64,000 nt of DNA from assembly GCA_047284725.1 (NCBI GenBank), contig JBJBEO010000001.1:1-64000 (forward strand). The letters run 5' to 3'. The stretch comes from Synechococcus sp. (GTDB taxonomy: Bacteria; Cyanobacteriota; Cyanobacteriia; PCC-6307; Cyanobiaceae). The notes below the pieces were generated by a model that worked only from the letters and a program-made list of their open reading frames with translations, was not told the origin of the DNA and did no database searches. Shown here in pieces: positions 54,437-64,000 of this stretch; the stretch's first letter is position 1; each line of letters begins with the position of its first letter. The position numbers were made by a program, and so were the translations under genes.

Positions 54437-55360
54437 TCAGGGTACGTAGCGCGCCTGCCGCACCCGCCGAGTGAGGCCGAGGCGACGGAGCAGCTGGATG
54501 TGCATCCAGGTGATGTCGACTTCGAACCAGCGGAGGCCGTGGCGGGCACTGGCTGGATGGGCGTGATGGTTGTTGTGCCAGCCCTCACCGAACGACAGCA
54601 CCGCGACCCACCAGCAGTTACGGGACAGGTCGGGGCAGTTGAAGTTCCGGTACCCGAAGGCGTGGGTGGCGGAATTCACCAGCCAGGTGACGTGATACAC
54701 CACCACCAGCCGCAGGGGGATCGCCCAGAGCACCAAGCCAAGCCCACCGCCATGCACGTCAGCTGCCTGTCCGTACCAATAGAGGCCCAGGCCCAGGGGA
54801 ATCTGAAGGAGCAGGAACCAGCGGTCGAGCCAGACATAAAAGCGGTCGTTCAGCAGGTCTCCACCGAAACGCTCCTTGTGCTCCAGGGCGGGAATCTCAT
54901 GCAGCATCCACTCGCTGTGGCTCCACCAGAGGCCACGACCAGCATCGTGATGATCGTTGGCCTGGTCGGAGAACTTGTGGTGGTGGCGGTGCAGGGCGAC
55001 CCAGTCGATCGGGCCGCTCTGGCAGGCAAGGGTGCCCATCACCACCAGCACCCGTTCGAGCCAGCGGGGCACTTCGAAGCTGCGGTGGGCCACCAGCCGA
55101 TGCAAGCCAAGCGTGACCCCAAGCACGGTGACCCAGTAGAGGAGGCCGAACGCCGCAATCCCTTGCCAACTCCAGAAGTCGGGCAGCAGGGCAATGGTCG
55201 CCAGCACGTGCATCACCACCATGAATGCGGTGGTGCCGCCCTTGAACTTGCGTTGTTTGCGGGGCAAAGGCTCCCGGGGAGCCATCATCGCTGCGCGGAT
55301 GCGGAGCTCACGTTCGGTGGCGGTTGATGCCGGAGAGGTTGTGACCAAGGAGATCTCCAC
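54437..55360 (-). CDS. desC: Delta-9 acyl-lipid desaturase (second paralogue)
   Basis: His boxes GLHRLVAH, HRHHH and GEGWHNNHH. Confidence 0.9.
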   Translation of the reverse strand: MEISLVTTSPASTATERELRIRAAMMAPREPLPRKQRKFKGGTTAFMVVMHVLATIALLPDFWSWQGIAAFGLLYWVTVLGVTLGLHRLVAHRSFEVPRWLERVLVVMGTLACQSGPIDWVALHRHHHKFSDQANDHHDAGRGLWWSHSEWMLHEIPALEHKERFGGDLLNDRFYVWLDRWFLLLQIPLGLGLYWYGQAADVHGGGLGLVLWAIPLRLVVVYHVTWLVNSATHAFGYRNFNCPDLSRNCWWVAVLSFGEGWHNNHHAHPASARHGLRWFEVDITWMHIQLLRRLGLTRRVRQARYVP

Positions 55361-55476
55361 GTGCCTAGAGCGTCATCAACACTGATGGATCGGTGCCTTC
55401 GAGCGCCTGGCTGGAGAAATGAATGTAGGAGAGCGCAGCATGATGTAGCGAATGGCACGGATTTCACGTCCTCCTC

Positions 55477-56769
55477 ATGAATTCACAGCAGCGCGATCCA
55501 GTGGAGGCGCAGCGGTTGGCCCAGGCGTTGGTGGCAGCGGCAGCTCGACGACTGGCGCCGCAGGCCGCAGCCCGTACCGCAGCCGTGGCCTCCCGGATGG
55601 AGCGGGTGCTGGAGGCGTTCAGCGCTGAACAGGTGGGCACCCAGCATTTCGCCTCGCTGACGGGGTACGGCCATGGCGACCAGGGCCGCGAGGTCCTCGA
55701 CCGGGTGTTCGCACGGGTGCTCGGGGCTGAGAAGGCTGCGGTGCGACTTCAATTCGTCAGCGGCACCCATGCCATTGCTGCAGCGCTGTTTGGCGTGCTC
55801 AGACCTGGCGATCGGATGCTGTCGATCACAGGTCGGCCTTACGACACCCTGGAGGAGGTGATCGGCCTCCGGGGGCAGGGTCAGGGCTCCCTGGCTGAAT
55901 TCGGCGTGGTCTACGACGAGATTGAGCTCGCAGCCAGTGGCATTGTTGATCTCGAGGCTCTGGATGCCGCTTTGGCAGTGCCTCGGCGCTTGATCTTGAT
56001 CCAGCGCAGCTGCGGTTACAGCTGGCGCCCTTCCCTCTCGGTGGAGGCGATCGGTCGTTTATGTGCGCGGATTCATGCCCGCCAGCCCGACTGCGTGTGT
56101 TTCGTTGACAACTGCTACGGCGAACTAGTCGAGGAGCAGGAGCCCCCAGCCGTGGGGGCTGATCTGGTGGCCGGCTCCTTGATCAAAAATCTTGGCGGCA
56201 CCATCGCCCCCAGTGGAGGGTATGTGGCTGGTCGGGCTGCGTTGGTGGAACAGGCCTGCTGTCGCCTCACCGCACCCGGCATCGGCAGTGAAGGGGGAAC
56301 TGGTTTTGACCTGAACCGGTTGCTGCTGCAGGGACTGTTCTTGGCGCCCCAGATGGTGAGCGAGGCCTTGATCGGCGCTGACCTGGTGGCCGAGACCTTT
56401 GCCACCTTGGGTTTTGCCGTTCAGCCCCAGGTTTCGGATCGCCGTGGCGATTTGATTCAGGCGGTGCAGATCGGCAGTGCTGAGGCCCTCAAGACGGTCT
56501 GCCGTGCTTTCCAGGCCTGCTCGCCGATCGGTTCTTATCTCGATCCAGTGCCGGCCTCGATGCCCGGGTATGCCAGTGATCTCGTGATGGCTGGAGGCAC
56601 CTTCATTGATGGCAGCACCAGTGAATTCTCGGCGGATGCCCCCCTGCGGGAGCCCTTCAATCTCTATGTGCAAGGCGGGACGCATCGCGCCCATGTTGAG
56701 TTGGCGCTCGTGCGGGCCCTGGCGGCCCTCCATACGGCACGACTGGTGGATCTGCCCCACACTGAGTGA
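55477..56769 (+). CDS. PLP-dependent methionine gamma-lyase family protein (YnbB / aluminium-resistance type)
   Basis: TGYGHGDQGR, FVSGTHAI, QRSCGYSWR, VDNCYGE, AGSLIKNLGG and MAGGTFIDGS. Confidence 0.9.
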   Translation: MNSQQRDPVEAQRLAQALVAAAARRLAPQAAARTAAVASRMERVLEAFSAEQVGTQHFASLTGYGHGDQGREVLDRVFARVLGAEKAAVRLQFVSGTHAIAAALFGVLRPGDRMLSITGRPYDTLEEVIGLRGQGQGSLAEFGVVYDEIELAASGIVDLEALDAALAVPRRLILIQRSCGYSWRPSLSVEAIGRLCARIHARQPDCVCFVDNCYGELVEEQEPPAVGADLVAGSLIKNLGGTIAPSGGYVAGRAALVEQACCRLTAPGIGSEGGTGFDLNRLLLQGLFLAPQMVSEALIGADLVAETFATLGFAVQPQVSDRRGDLIQAVQIGSAEALKTVCRAFQACSPIGSYLDPVPASMPGYASDLVMAGGTFIDGSTSEFSADAPLREPFNLYVQGGTHRAHVELALVRALAALHTARLVDLPHTE

Positions 56770-56792
56770 GGTTTTCGCCTGGTCCCGGCCCC

Positions 56793-57182
56793 ATGGCCTT
56801 TGATTTCCCTGCGCAGTTCCGCTACGCCGACAGCCATGAGTACGCCCATGCAGATGGCGACCTCGTTCGTCTCGGGCTGAGCGCGTTCGCGGTGGATCAA
56901 CTGGGCGACATTGTGTTTGTTGATTTGCCTGATGTAGGCAGCAGCCTCAGCCGCGGCAGCAGCTTCGGCACGGTCGAATCGGTGAAGGCGGTGGAGGAGA
57001 TGTATGCCCCGGTGAGTGGGGAAGTGGTGGAGCGCAATGAGTCGGTGCTGGCCAGTCCGGAGGAATTGCAGAACGATCCCCATGGCAAGGGATGGCTGCT
57101 GGCGGTGCGCGCCACTGATGCAGCCCAGTTGCAGGAGTTGATGGATGCCGCCACCTATGCCGCCAAAGTCGCTGCCGCCTGA
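56793..57182 (+). CDS. gcvH: Glycine cleavage system H protein
   Basis: SHEY, LGDIVFVDLP, lipoyl-Lys motif VESVKA and DPHGKGWL. Confidence 0.97.
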   Translation: MAFDFPAQFRYADSHEYAHADGDLVRLGLSAFAVDQLGDIVFVDLPDVGSSLSRGSSFGTVESVKAVEEMYAPVSGEVVERNESVLASPEELQNDPHGKGWLLAVRATDAAQLQELMDAATYAAKVAAA

Positions 57183-57222
57183 GCAGTTTTTTTAGAGTTG
57201 CCCCATTACTGGCGAGAGCGAC

Positions 57223-60183
57223 TTGACGCAGCACGATCAACGCTCCGGGTCTGCCTCTGCTCCAGCCCAGCTCTCACCCTTCGTTCAGCGTCACATCGGT
57301 CCGAGCGAGGCGGACCAGCAGACGATGCTTCAAACCCTTGGGTATGCGGATCTTGATGCTTTCGTCAGTGCCGTTGTGCCAGGCGCCATCCTTGATCCCG
57401 ATCCACCGACGGAAGCCATGCCCCTGGGCTGTGGCGAAGCGGAAGCCCTGGCGGAGTTGCGTCGCATCGGGGCTCAGAACCGGGTGCAGCGCTCCCTCAT
57501 CGGCCTCGGCTATCACGACACCGCCACGCCCGCGCTGATCAAGCGCCACGTGCTGGAGAACCCTTCTTGGTATACCGCTTACACCCCCTATCAGGCGGAA
57601 ATCGCCCAGGGGCGTCTTGAGGCGCTCCTCAACTTTCAAACCCTGATCAGCGAGCTGACAGGCCTGCCGATTGCCAATGCCTCCCTTCTGGATGAGGCCA
57701 CCGCCTGTGCTGAAGCCATGGGCCTCAGTCTGGCGGCGTGCAAGCGCCCTGAAGCGCGGCGTTTTCTTGTGGATGCAGCGGCATTGCCCCAGACCTTGGC
57801 TGTGCTTCAAACCCGCGCCGAACCTCTCGGTGTGGTGATCGATCAGACCGAGCCTGAGGACTTTCGCTGGGATGAAGATGTCTTTGGTGTGATGCTCCAA
57901 TTGCCCGGTCGCTGCGGGCGACTCTGGGATCCCTCGGCGGTGATCGGGCAGGCCCACGGTCATGGCGCCCTGGCCACCGTCGCGATTGATCCTTTCGCCC
58001 AGGTGCTGATGGCTCCTGTGGGGGAGTTGGGGGCTGACATTGCCGTTGGCAGTGCTCAGCGTTTTGGCGTGCCCATGGGGGCCGGTGGGCCCCACGCTGC
58101 CTTTTTCGCCACCCGTGAAGCGTTCAAGCGTCAGGTGCCAGGTCGGATTGTCGGCCAGTCGCGGGATGCGGAGGGTCGCCCCGCCCTGCGTCTGGCTCTG
58201 CAGACGCGTGAACAGCACATCCGGCGCGACAAGGCCACCAGCAACATCTGCACAGCCCAGGTGTTGCTGGCTGTGATGGCGTCGTTCTATGCCGTGCACC
58301 ACGGGCCGGATGGATTGACAGCCATCGCCCGCCGCCTGGTGCTCTTGCGCCGCCACCTTGAAGCCGGCTTGCAGCAACTGGGCTATTCGTTCGCTGAGGG
58401 CTCCCGCTTTGACGGCATTGATGTGCGTTCCTCCCAGGCTCCTGTCGTGCATCGCCTGGCGGCGGAGCAGGGCTTCAACCTGCGGGTGCTCCCCGATGGC
58501 GCTGATCCAGCTCAGGCGGAGGGATTCGGCATCAGCCTTGATGAATGCAGTGATGGACAGGAGGTGAATACCCTTCTGGGTTTGCTGGCGCAAGCGGTCG
58601 GAGCCGATCCGTTGCCGCCGATTGTGCTGCTGGAGCAGGCCCTCGATGGAGATGAGGCTCTGCAGCAGGCGCTGCCGGGTCTCCCCCTGCGCCGACGTCC
58701 CTGGCTGCAGCAACCGGTCTTTCACCGCTATCGCAGTGAAACCGAGCTGATGCGGTACATCCAGCGCCTGGTAAGCCGCGATCTCTCACTGGTGCACAGC
58801 ATGATCCCGCTGGGCAGCTGCACCATGAAGCTGAATGCCGCGGCCGAGCTGGCGCCCGTGAGCTGGCATGGCTTCGCTGCCTTGCATCCGTTTGCACCTC
58901 AAGAGCAGTTGGCGGGCCTGGCCCGGATGGTGTCGGATCTGGAATCCTGGCTCTCCGCCCTGACGGGGTTCGCTGGTGTGTCGTTGCAGCCCAATGCGGG
59001 CTCCCAGGGGGAATACGCCGGTTTGCTGGTGATCCGTGCATGGCACCGTTCCCGTGGCCAGCAGGAGCGAGACGTTTGTTTGATCCCCACGAGCGCCCAT
59101 GGCACCAACCCTGCCAGTGCGGTGATGGCAGGCCTGCGGGTGGTGCCGGTGGCCTGCGATGACCAGGGCAATGTGGATCTGACAGATCTACGGGCCAAGG
59201 CGGAGCAGCACAGCGAGCAGCTGGCGGCGCTGATGGTCACTTACCCCTCAACCCATGGGGTGTTTGAACCTGGGATTCGGGAGATTTGTGCCTGTGTGCA
59301 TGCCCATGGCGGTCAGGTGTATCTCGATGGTGCCAACCTCAATGCTCAGGTGGGGCTATGCCGGCCCGGAGCGTATGGCGCTGATGTCTGTCATCTCAAT
59401 CTGCACAAAACCTTCTGCATCCCCCATGGGGGCGGAGGTCCTGGGGTCGGTCCGATCGGTGTCGCGGAACATCTTTTGCCTTTTCTGCCAGGGCATCCCC
59501 TGGCGGCCTGTGGTGGCAGCCAATCCATCACCGCGGTGTCGGCGGCGCCGTGGGGCAGTGCCGGCATCCTGCCGATCAGCTGGATGTATCTGCGGTTGAT
59601 GGGGCCCAACGGGTTGCGTCGTGCCACGGCGGTGGCGCTGCTCGCCGCCAATTATCTGGCCCGGCGCTTGGATGCCCATTTCCCGGTGTTGTTCCGGGGT
59701 GAGGGGGGCCTGGTGGCCCATGAATGCATTCTTGATCTGCGGGGCCTGAAGCGAACCGCTGATCTCAATGTCGATGACATTGCCAAGCGACTGATGGATT
59801 ACGGCTTCCATGCCCCCACCGTGAGTTGGCCGGTCGCCGGCACGGTGATGGTGGAGCCTACGGAAAGCGAAAGTCTGGTTGAGCTGGATCGTTTTTGTGA
59901 GGCGATGATCGCCATCCGTGCAGAGGCCGCAGCGATTGAATCCGGCGTCAGTGATGCCACCAACAATCCCCTCAAGCGCGCTCCCCACACCCTGGCCGCT
60001 GTGACTGCCGAGACCTGGGATCGCCCCTACAGCCGTGAACAGGCGGCTTTCCCCTTGGTCGACCAGCGCGACAACAAGTTCTGGCCCTCTGTGGCCAGGA
60101 TCGATAACGCCTATGGGGATCGCAATCTCATCTGCACCTGTCCATCGGTCGCGGAACTGGCGGATCTGGTGCCTGCGCGGTAA
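57223..60183 (+). CDS. gcvP: Glycine dehydrogenase (decarboxylating), P protein
   Basis: [42 protein letters not shown] and [18 protein letters not shown]. Confidence 0.98.
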   Translation: MTQHDQRSGSASAPAQLSPFVQRHIGPSEADQQTMLQTLGYADLDAFVSAVVPGAILDPDPPTEAMPLGCGEAEALAELRRIGAQNRVQRSLIGLGYHDTATPALIKRHVLENPSWYTAYTPYQAEIAQGRLEALLNFQTLISELTGLPIANASLLDEATACAEAMGLSLAACKRPEARRFLVDAAALPQTLAVLQTRAEPLGVVIDQTEPEDFRWDEDVFGVMLQLPGRCGRLWDPSAVIGQAHGHGALATVAIDPFAQVLMAPVGELGADIAVGSAQRFGVPMGAGGPHAAFFATREAFKRQVPGRIVGQSRDAEGRPALRLALQTREQHIRRDKATSNICTAQVLLAVMASFYAVHHGPDGLTAIARRLVLLRRHLEAGLQQLGYSFAEGSRFDGIDVRSSQAPVVHRLAAEQGFNLRVLPDGADPAQAEGFGISLDECSDGQEVNTLLGLLAQAVGADPLPPIVLLEQALDGDEALQQALPGLPLRRRPWLQQPVFHRYRSETELMRYIQRLVSRDLSLVHSMIPLGSCTMKLNAAAELAPVSWHGFAALHPFAPQEQLAGLARMVSDLESWLSALTGFAGVSLQPNAGSQGEYAGLLVIRAWHRSRGQQERDVCLIPTSAHGTNPASAVMAGLRVVPVACDDQGNVDLTDLRAKAEQHSEQLAALMVTYPSTHGVFEPGIREICACVHAHGGQVYLDGANLNAQVGLCRPGAYGADVCHLNLHKTFCIPHGGGGPGVGPIGVAEHLLPFLPGHPLAACGGSQSITAVSAAPWGSAGILPISWMYLRLMGPNGLRRATAVALLAANYLARRLDAHFPVLFRGEGGLVAHECILDLRGLKRTADLNVDDIAKRLMDYGFHAPTVSWPVAGTVMVEPTESESLVELDRFCEAMIAIRAEAAAIESGVSDATNNPLKRAPHTLAAVTAETWDRPYSREQAAFPLVDQRDNKFWPSVARIDNAYGDRNLICTCPSVAELADLVPAR

Positions 60184-60278
60184 ATTTTCATCCAAATCGG
60201 AAAAATACCTTTCGGTTTTCTCTGCAGAACGAAAAGTGTTTCCACACTGATCGGCATCTGCTTCACGCAGGGGGGGAC

Positions 60279-60497
60279 ATGGCCACCAAAACCACCAAGC
60301 CGGAACTTCCCGGTTGCCTTGAATCAGCTTTGGAGCGGGGACACACCCTGCAGGTTGAAGGGACGAACGTTGTGAGAGTCCCCTTCGGCGTCCGTCGGCC
60401 CCGTCGTCAGCGCCCCGATCGCCCAGACACCTGGGCCACGCTGGTGATTCCGTTTCAGGTGATGGACTCGCCCACACCTCCTCCTCAGGCCGCCTGA
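60279..60497 (+). CDS. Small conserved hypothetical protein
   Basis: 72 aa (GTNVVRVPFG...WATLVIPF...PTPPPQAA); G-rich RBS before the ATG. Confidence 0.7.
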   Translation: MATKTTKPELPGCLESALERGHTLQVEGTNVVRVPFGVRRPRRQRPDRPDTWATLVIPFQVMDSPTPPPQAA

Positions 60498-60529
60498 AGG
60501 GTTGTTTGGTTGCACATCGGCTGGGGCGT

Positions 60530-60733
60530 CTAGGCGCTGCGGATCAGTGGTTCTGCCTCAGCCAGTTTCAAATTCACAAGTGTTTTCGCGTCCTCCAGCG
60601 AGCAGGAGGGTATGCGGAACGGAAGCACGGAGATCGGACTCCGTTCCGGATGAATCCTCCAGCCCTGGTTGGGTTCTTCCATCAGCACAAACCCGCGATA
60701 GCGAAAGGTGCGGGGGCTAGACCCTGGTTGCAT
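60530..60733 (-). CDS. Small conserved hypothetical protein
   Basis: 67 aa (FRYRGFVLMEEPNQGWRIHPERSP...CSLEDAK). Confidence 0.65.
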   Translation of the reverse strand: MQPGSSPRTFRYRGFVLMEEPNQGWRIHPERSPISVLPFRIPSCSLEDAKTLVNLKLAEAEPLIRSA

Positions 60734-60917
60734 TCAGGTGTGTAGAGCTCGTCGGGCATATTTCAGGACACCAGATGTGGTGTGTCACTGATTGCGTCAA
60801 AGTCGTTGGCATCCGCGTCTTGAAATCCACAAGAAGTGCTGTGGGACGGTGCTGGATGGGAGCCTGCCGTGGAAACCTCAGTGCGCTGGCCCAGCGGCTG
60901 AAGCACCATCGGTGGTG

Positions 60918-61667
60918 TCAGTGGGGGCATGCCTCGTTGAGGCCGAACAGCAGCACATCACTGGCTCGGCCTTGTGTTGTCAGTCTCCCGATCGCAGCCG
61001 GATCGTCGAATCCGAGGCCGTCACCGGGCTCCAGTGTGAGTCTGTCACCGGCGGGGGTGGTGAGTTCACAGAACCCGCTGATCATCTGAAGCCATCCTCT
61101 CTGGGGCTCCATCGCCGGCAGCGTCAGACTCTGGTTGTGGCTCGGTTGTGCGCGCCAGAGCCTCAACGGCCTGGAGATGGCCATCACCTCTGCGTCGTCC
61201 GGAGCGATCAGGGGCGTCCAGTCTGGTCCTGGCGGGCAGCAGCATTGTTCGTAGCTCGGGGGAAGGTTGTCCTGCCCGGGTTCGATCCAGATCTGCAGTA
61301 GCCGGCAGGGAGTGGTGCCGCCATTGATTTCGCTGTGCACGATGCCGGTGCCGGCGGTCATCCGCTGCACGTCGCCAGCGCGGATGACTCCGCTGTTGCC
61401 CATGGAGTCTTGGTGGTTTAGCTGTCCTTCCACCATCACGGTGATGATTTCCATGTCCCGGTGCGGGTGCATGCCGAAGCCCTCACCGGCGGCGATGGTG
61501 TCGTCGTTGATCACCAGCAAGGGCCCGAAGCCCATCCAATCGGGGTGGTGATGGCCGGCAAAGGAAAAGCTGTGCCACGAATCCAGCCAGTCCCGTTGGC
61601 TGTGGAAGCGTTCGCCGGCGGGGCGGAACAGCAGTGATGACGGATTGGCAGAAGTGGTTTGGGTCAT
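60918..61667 (-). CDS. Pirin family protein
   Basis: WLDSWHSFSF, GFGPLLVINDD, GFGMHPHRDMEIIT, HQDSMGN and MTAGTGIVHSE. Confidence 0.93.
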   Translation of the reverse strand: MTQTTSANPSSLLFRPAGERFHSQRDWLDSWHSFSFAGHHHPDWMGFGPLLVINDDTIAAGEGFGMHPHRDMEIITVMVEGQLNHQDSMGNSGVIRAGDVQRMTAGTGIVHSEINGGTTPCRLLQIWIEPGQDNLPPSYEQCCCPPGPDWTPLIAPDDAEVMAISRPLRLWRAQPSHNQSLTLPAMEPQRGWLQMISGFCELTTPAGDRLTLEPGDGLGFDDPAAIGRLTTQGRASDVLLFGLNEACPH

Positions 61668-61702
61668 CGTGATTCCGAGGCGATCATGCGGTCGGGCTTG
61701 GT

Positions 61703-62227
61703 TCAGAGCTTCAGCGGATCCATCTGCAGCAGGCGTTGCAGTAAGTCGTGAATGCTGTCGTCCTGGGGCGGTTTGGCGTGATTGCTGAGCAGTTGGCGAC
61801 CCACGACTTGTGCGCCCAGGTGGGTGAGTTGGATGCGCAGTGACAGCAGCAGTTCCATGCCGCCGCCTCCGGAAAACGTGGCCATGGCCACAGGTCTGCC
61901 GTTGAACAGTGCCCGGAAGTCGTTGCCTTGAACCGAGAGCCAGGCGATCGCGTTGGTGAGGCTGGGCGGAATGGAGCCGTTGTATTCCGGCGCGCAGATC
62001 ACCCAGCGGGGGGCTTGCAGCAGCTGCTCGTGCAGGGGGGCAACCGCCGCAGGTGAGCCTTGAGCTTGGGTTCGAGGAGTGAAGAGGGGCAGGTCGATCG
62101 TGGTGAGATCAAGCACCTGTGCGGTTGTCCCCAGTGTGTTGGCGTGCATCGCGAACCGATCCGCCAGCTTGAGGTTTTCGCCACTACTGGCGCTGATCAC
62201 CAGCAGATCGGTTGATGGGGCGGGCAT
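61703..62227 (-). CDS. NADPH-dependent FMN reductase
   Basis: DLPLF, APEYNGSIPPSLTNAIAWLS and SGGGG. Confidence 0.88.
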   Translation of the reverse strand: MPAPSTDLLVISASSGENLKLADRFAMHANTLGTTAQVLDLTTIDLPLFTPRTQAQGSPAAVAPLHEQLLQAPRWVICAPEYNGSIPPSLTNAIAWLSVQGNDFRALFNGRPVAMATFSGGGGMELLLSLRIQLTHLGAQVVGRQLLSNHAKPPQDDSIHDLLQRLLQMDPLKL

Positions 62228-62275
62228 CGCAGTGCGAGGTGGCTTGGGCTGTGGATCAAGACCAGCATGGTGAAG

Positions 62276-62309
62276 CAGGGGAGCGGTGCTGGACAGGGCC
62301 GCTCCCCTG
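62276..62309 (-). terminator. GC-rich hairpin downstream of rubrerythrin
   Basis: Perfect 11-bp stem CAGGGGAGCGG/CCGCTCCCCTG, 12 nt after the stop; weak T tail. Confidence 0.6.
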
Positions 62310-62321
62310 TTGGAACCGTCA

Positions 62322-63035
62322 TCAAGCGGACATCAGCTCCGCTCCCCGGTAGGGCACAAAGCTGGCCTTGCGGGCACCGCAGATGGGGCAGCTCCAGTCG
62401 TCGGGGATCGCTTCGAAGGGCGTGCCGGGGGCAATGCCCGAGTCGGGGTCGCCTTCAGCGGGGTCATAGATCATGGAGCAGAGCTTGCAGATCCACTTGC
62501 CAGGAACGGGGTCGGCTGCTTCCCCTGCAGTGCCTTTGCCTTGCAGGGCCTCGAGAGCAACGCCGTAGGTCTCGGCGTGATGCTTCTCGATCGGTGTGAG
62601 CAGGCCGAAGTTCTTGGCTGCGGTTCGGAACAGGCCGGCGTGCTCTGCAGATTCGTTGGCCTGCTCGGCAAATTCCGTTTCCGCGCCGCCATCCCTGTCC
62701 TGGCGCGCCTGATCGGCGAACTCGGGATACATCGTTGTGTACTCGTAGGTCTCCCCTTCAATCGCCAGTTCCAGGCAGCGGCTAAGGATTGCTTGTTTCT
62801 GCTCATCACTGAGGCTGTCGGCGTCTTCGATGACCAGTTCGGGATGGAGCAGGCGGAAATGAGCGAACGCGTGCTCAGTTTCCTGGGCGGCAGTGTCGCG
62901 GAACAGTTTGGCCAGGTCTTTGTGGCCGAGGTTCTTCGCGACGTCTGCAAAGAAGAGATATTTGCGGTTGGCCATGCTCTCGCCGCCGAAGGCGGCCTCG
63001 AGGTTGGCGTGGGTGGAGGGCTTGGAGAGATCCAT
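62322..63035 (-). CDS. Rubrerythrin with a C-terminal rubredoxin domain
   Basis: [42 protein letters not shown] and WICKLC...WSCPICG. Confidence 0.93.
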   Translation of the reverse strand: MDLSKPSTHANLEAAFGGESMANRKYLFFADVAKNLGHKDLAKLFRDTAAQETEHAFAHFRLLHPELVIEDADSLSDEQKQAILSRCLELAIEGETYEYTTMYPEFADQARQDRDGGAETEFAEQANESAEHAGLFRTAAKNFGLLTPIEKHHAETYGVALEALQGKGTAGEAADPVPGKWICKLCSMIYDPAEGDPDSGIAPGTPFEAIPDDWSCPICGARKASFVPYRGAELMSA

Positions 63036-63129
63036 CGCGATGCCTCAGCAATGGCCACACATTAACCCAAAGTCGTAACGAGTATGAGTTAGTGAGCGAG
63101 GGCCAGGTCGCCTCCCCCCCCTGCTTGGC

Positions 63130-63999
63130 TTAGTAATTGGCGCCGCTGCGACGTTGGTGAACGGCTGTGGTGGCGTCGCTGTCGAGCAGGCCGCCATGGC
63201 CCACTTCGGCGTAGATCAACCAGTGATCGCCGCATTCCATCCGTTGTTTCACCTCACCCTCAAGCCAGGCGAGGCCTTCGGGCAGCAGGGGTTGGTCGTT
63301 GGGACTGCTGTCGAGTTCAAGTCCGCTGAAGCGATCGGCGCCAGGTGCAAAGGGCTGGAGGAATTGCTTCATCGGTCCGCTTTCACGGCCTTCCGCAAGC
63401 ACGTTGAGGGCGAAGCGATCGCCCTTGTGCAGCAAGGCTTCGACGGCCCTGTCTTTTGCCACCGCGACCGTGATCCCCGGCGGCGTGAAGCTGGCCTGGC
63501 TCACCCAGCTCGCCACCATGGCGCCGCTGAGGGCAGCATCTCCCTGTCCTTTGCGAGCTGTGAGGACGCAGAGGGATCCGACAACGCGACCGAGCGCCAG
63601 GACCGCCGGATCGCTGCGGCTTTCGCTCAGACCGCCAGCACTGCGGCGCTGCTGTTTGCGCTGCTCCTTCTGAAGGTCACGCCCGAAGCGGGTGCCCGTT
63701 TCCTCCAGGGTGCGCACGGTGGAGGCGTCTGGGCTGAATTTGATGCGGATCGGCTCGAATCCGAAGCTGAAGCCCCCGTCGCGCAACTTGCTCTCCAGCA
63801 GGTCGAGGGCTTCACCACTCCAGCCGAAGCTGCCGAACACACCCACGGGTTTGCTGCGATCGCCTTCCGCGAGCACGGTTCCTAGGGCCGAGACGATCGG
63901 GGTGGGTGCGTGCCCTCCCAGGGTCGGTGAGCCGATCAGGATCGCGTCAGCTGAGCGGATCGTGGACACCAGTTCATCCGCTGGGGTGAATTCGCAGTT
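63130..63999 (-). CDS. flv1: Flavodiiron (diflavin) protein, C-terminal part: flavodoxin and flavin-reductase domains; 5' end outside the window
   Basis: GSPTLGGHAPT, FGSFGWSGEA, ASWVSQASFTPPG, GDHW and HQRRSGANY. The Flv1-type assignment rests on the SPTLGGHAP motif. Confidence 0.85.
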   Translation of the reverse strand, partial: NCEFTPADELVSTIRSADAILIGSPTLGGHAPTPIVSALGTVLAEGDRSKPVGVFGSFGWSGEALDLLESKLRDGGFSFGFEPIRIKFSPDASTVRTLEETGTRFGRDLQKEQRKQQRRSAGGLSESRSDPAVLALGRVVGSLCVLTARKGQGDAALSGAMVASWVSQASFTPPGITVAVAKDRAVEALLHKGDRFALNVLAEGRESGPMKQFLQPFAPGADRFSGLELDSSPNDQPLLPEGLAWLEGEVKQRMECGDHWLIYAEVGHGGLLDSDATTAVHQRRSGANY

Positions 64000-64000
64000 G

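Noticed and set aside
55445..55458. GTA-N8-CAC as an NtcA site upstream of the YnbB-like gene
   Set aside because: Only one canonical half-site and no well-placed -10 element; expected by chance.
63073..63087. TCGTAACGAGTATGA as a PerR/Fur box upstream of rubrerythrin
   Set aside because: Plausible by context, but the symmetry and consensus match are too weak to call without a PWM.

Overview
This window looks like GC-rich (roughly 60-65% by eye) core chromosome of a marine picocyanobacterium, most likely Synechococcus. That call is inferred from gene content and order. Genes in order: urtABCDE, pabC/pabB, queC, ecotin, queE, pyrG, dps, a group 2 sigma factor, aspS, gcvT, speB/speE, arfB, mazG, tRNA-Val(TAC), a Zn/Mn ABC pair, valS, an ABC-2 exporter, two MscS genes plus a solute-binding lipoprotein, ligA, mnmG, dnaB, rplI, two desC paralogues, gcvH/gcvP, pirin, an FMN reductase, rubrerythrin and a partial flavodiiron gene. 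One ~4.8 kb lower-GC islet follows tRNA-Val. It has no integrase and carries a stand-alone, very acidic choice-of-anchor-I (PhoA-associated) protein behind Pho-box-like repeats, a cyAbrB pseudogene fragment and several small ORFs. I saw no CRISPR array, IS element, prophage or recognisable defence system. The best candidates for uncharacterised biology are (i) a solute-binding lipoprotein translationally coupled to two MscS channels with no ABC permease or ATPase, (ii) the tRNA-Val islet, and (iii) an HTH-like gene between two desaturase paralogues. Smaller observations include three small ORFs missing from the ORF track, a probable CTG start codon, a repeat insertion in UrtC and a long hairpin between rplI and dnaB. 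All family assignments come from motif recognition, not database searches.
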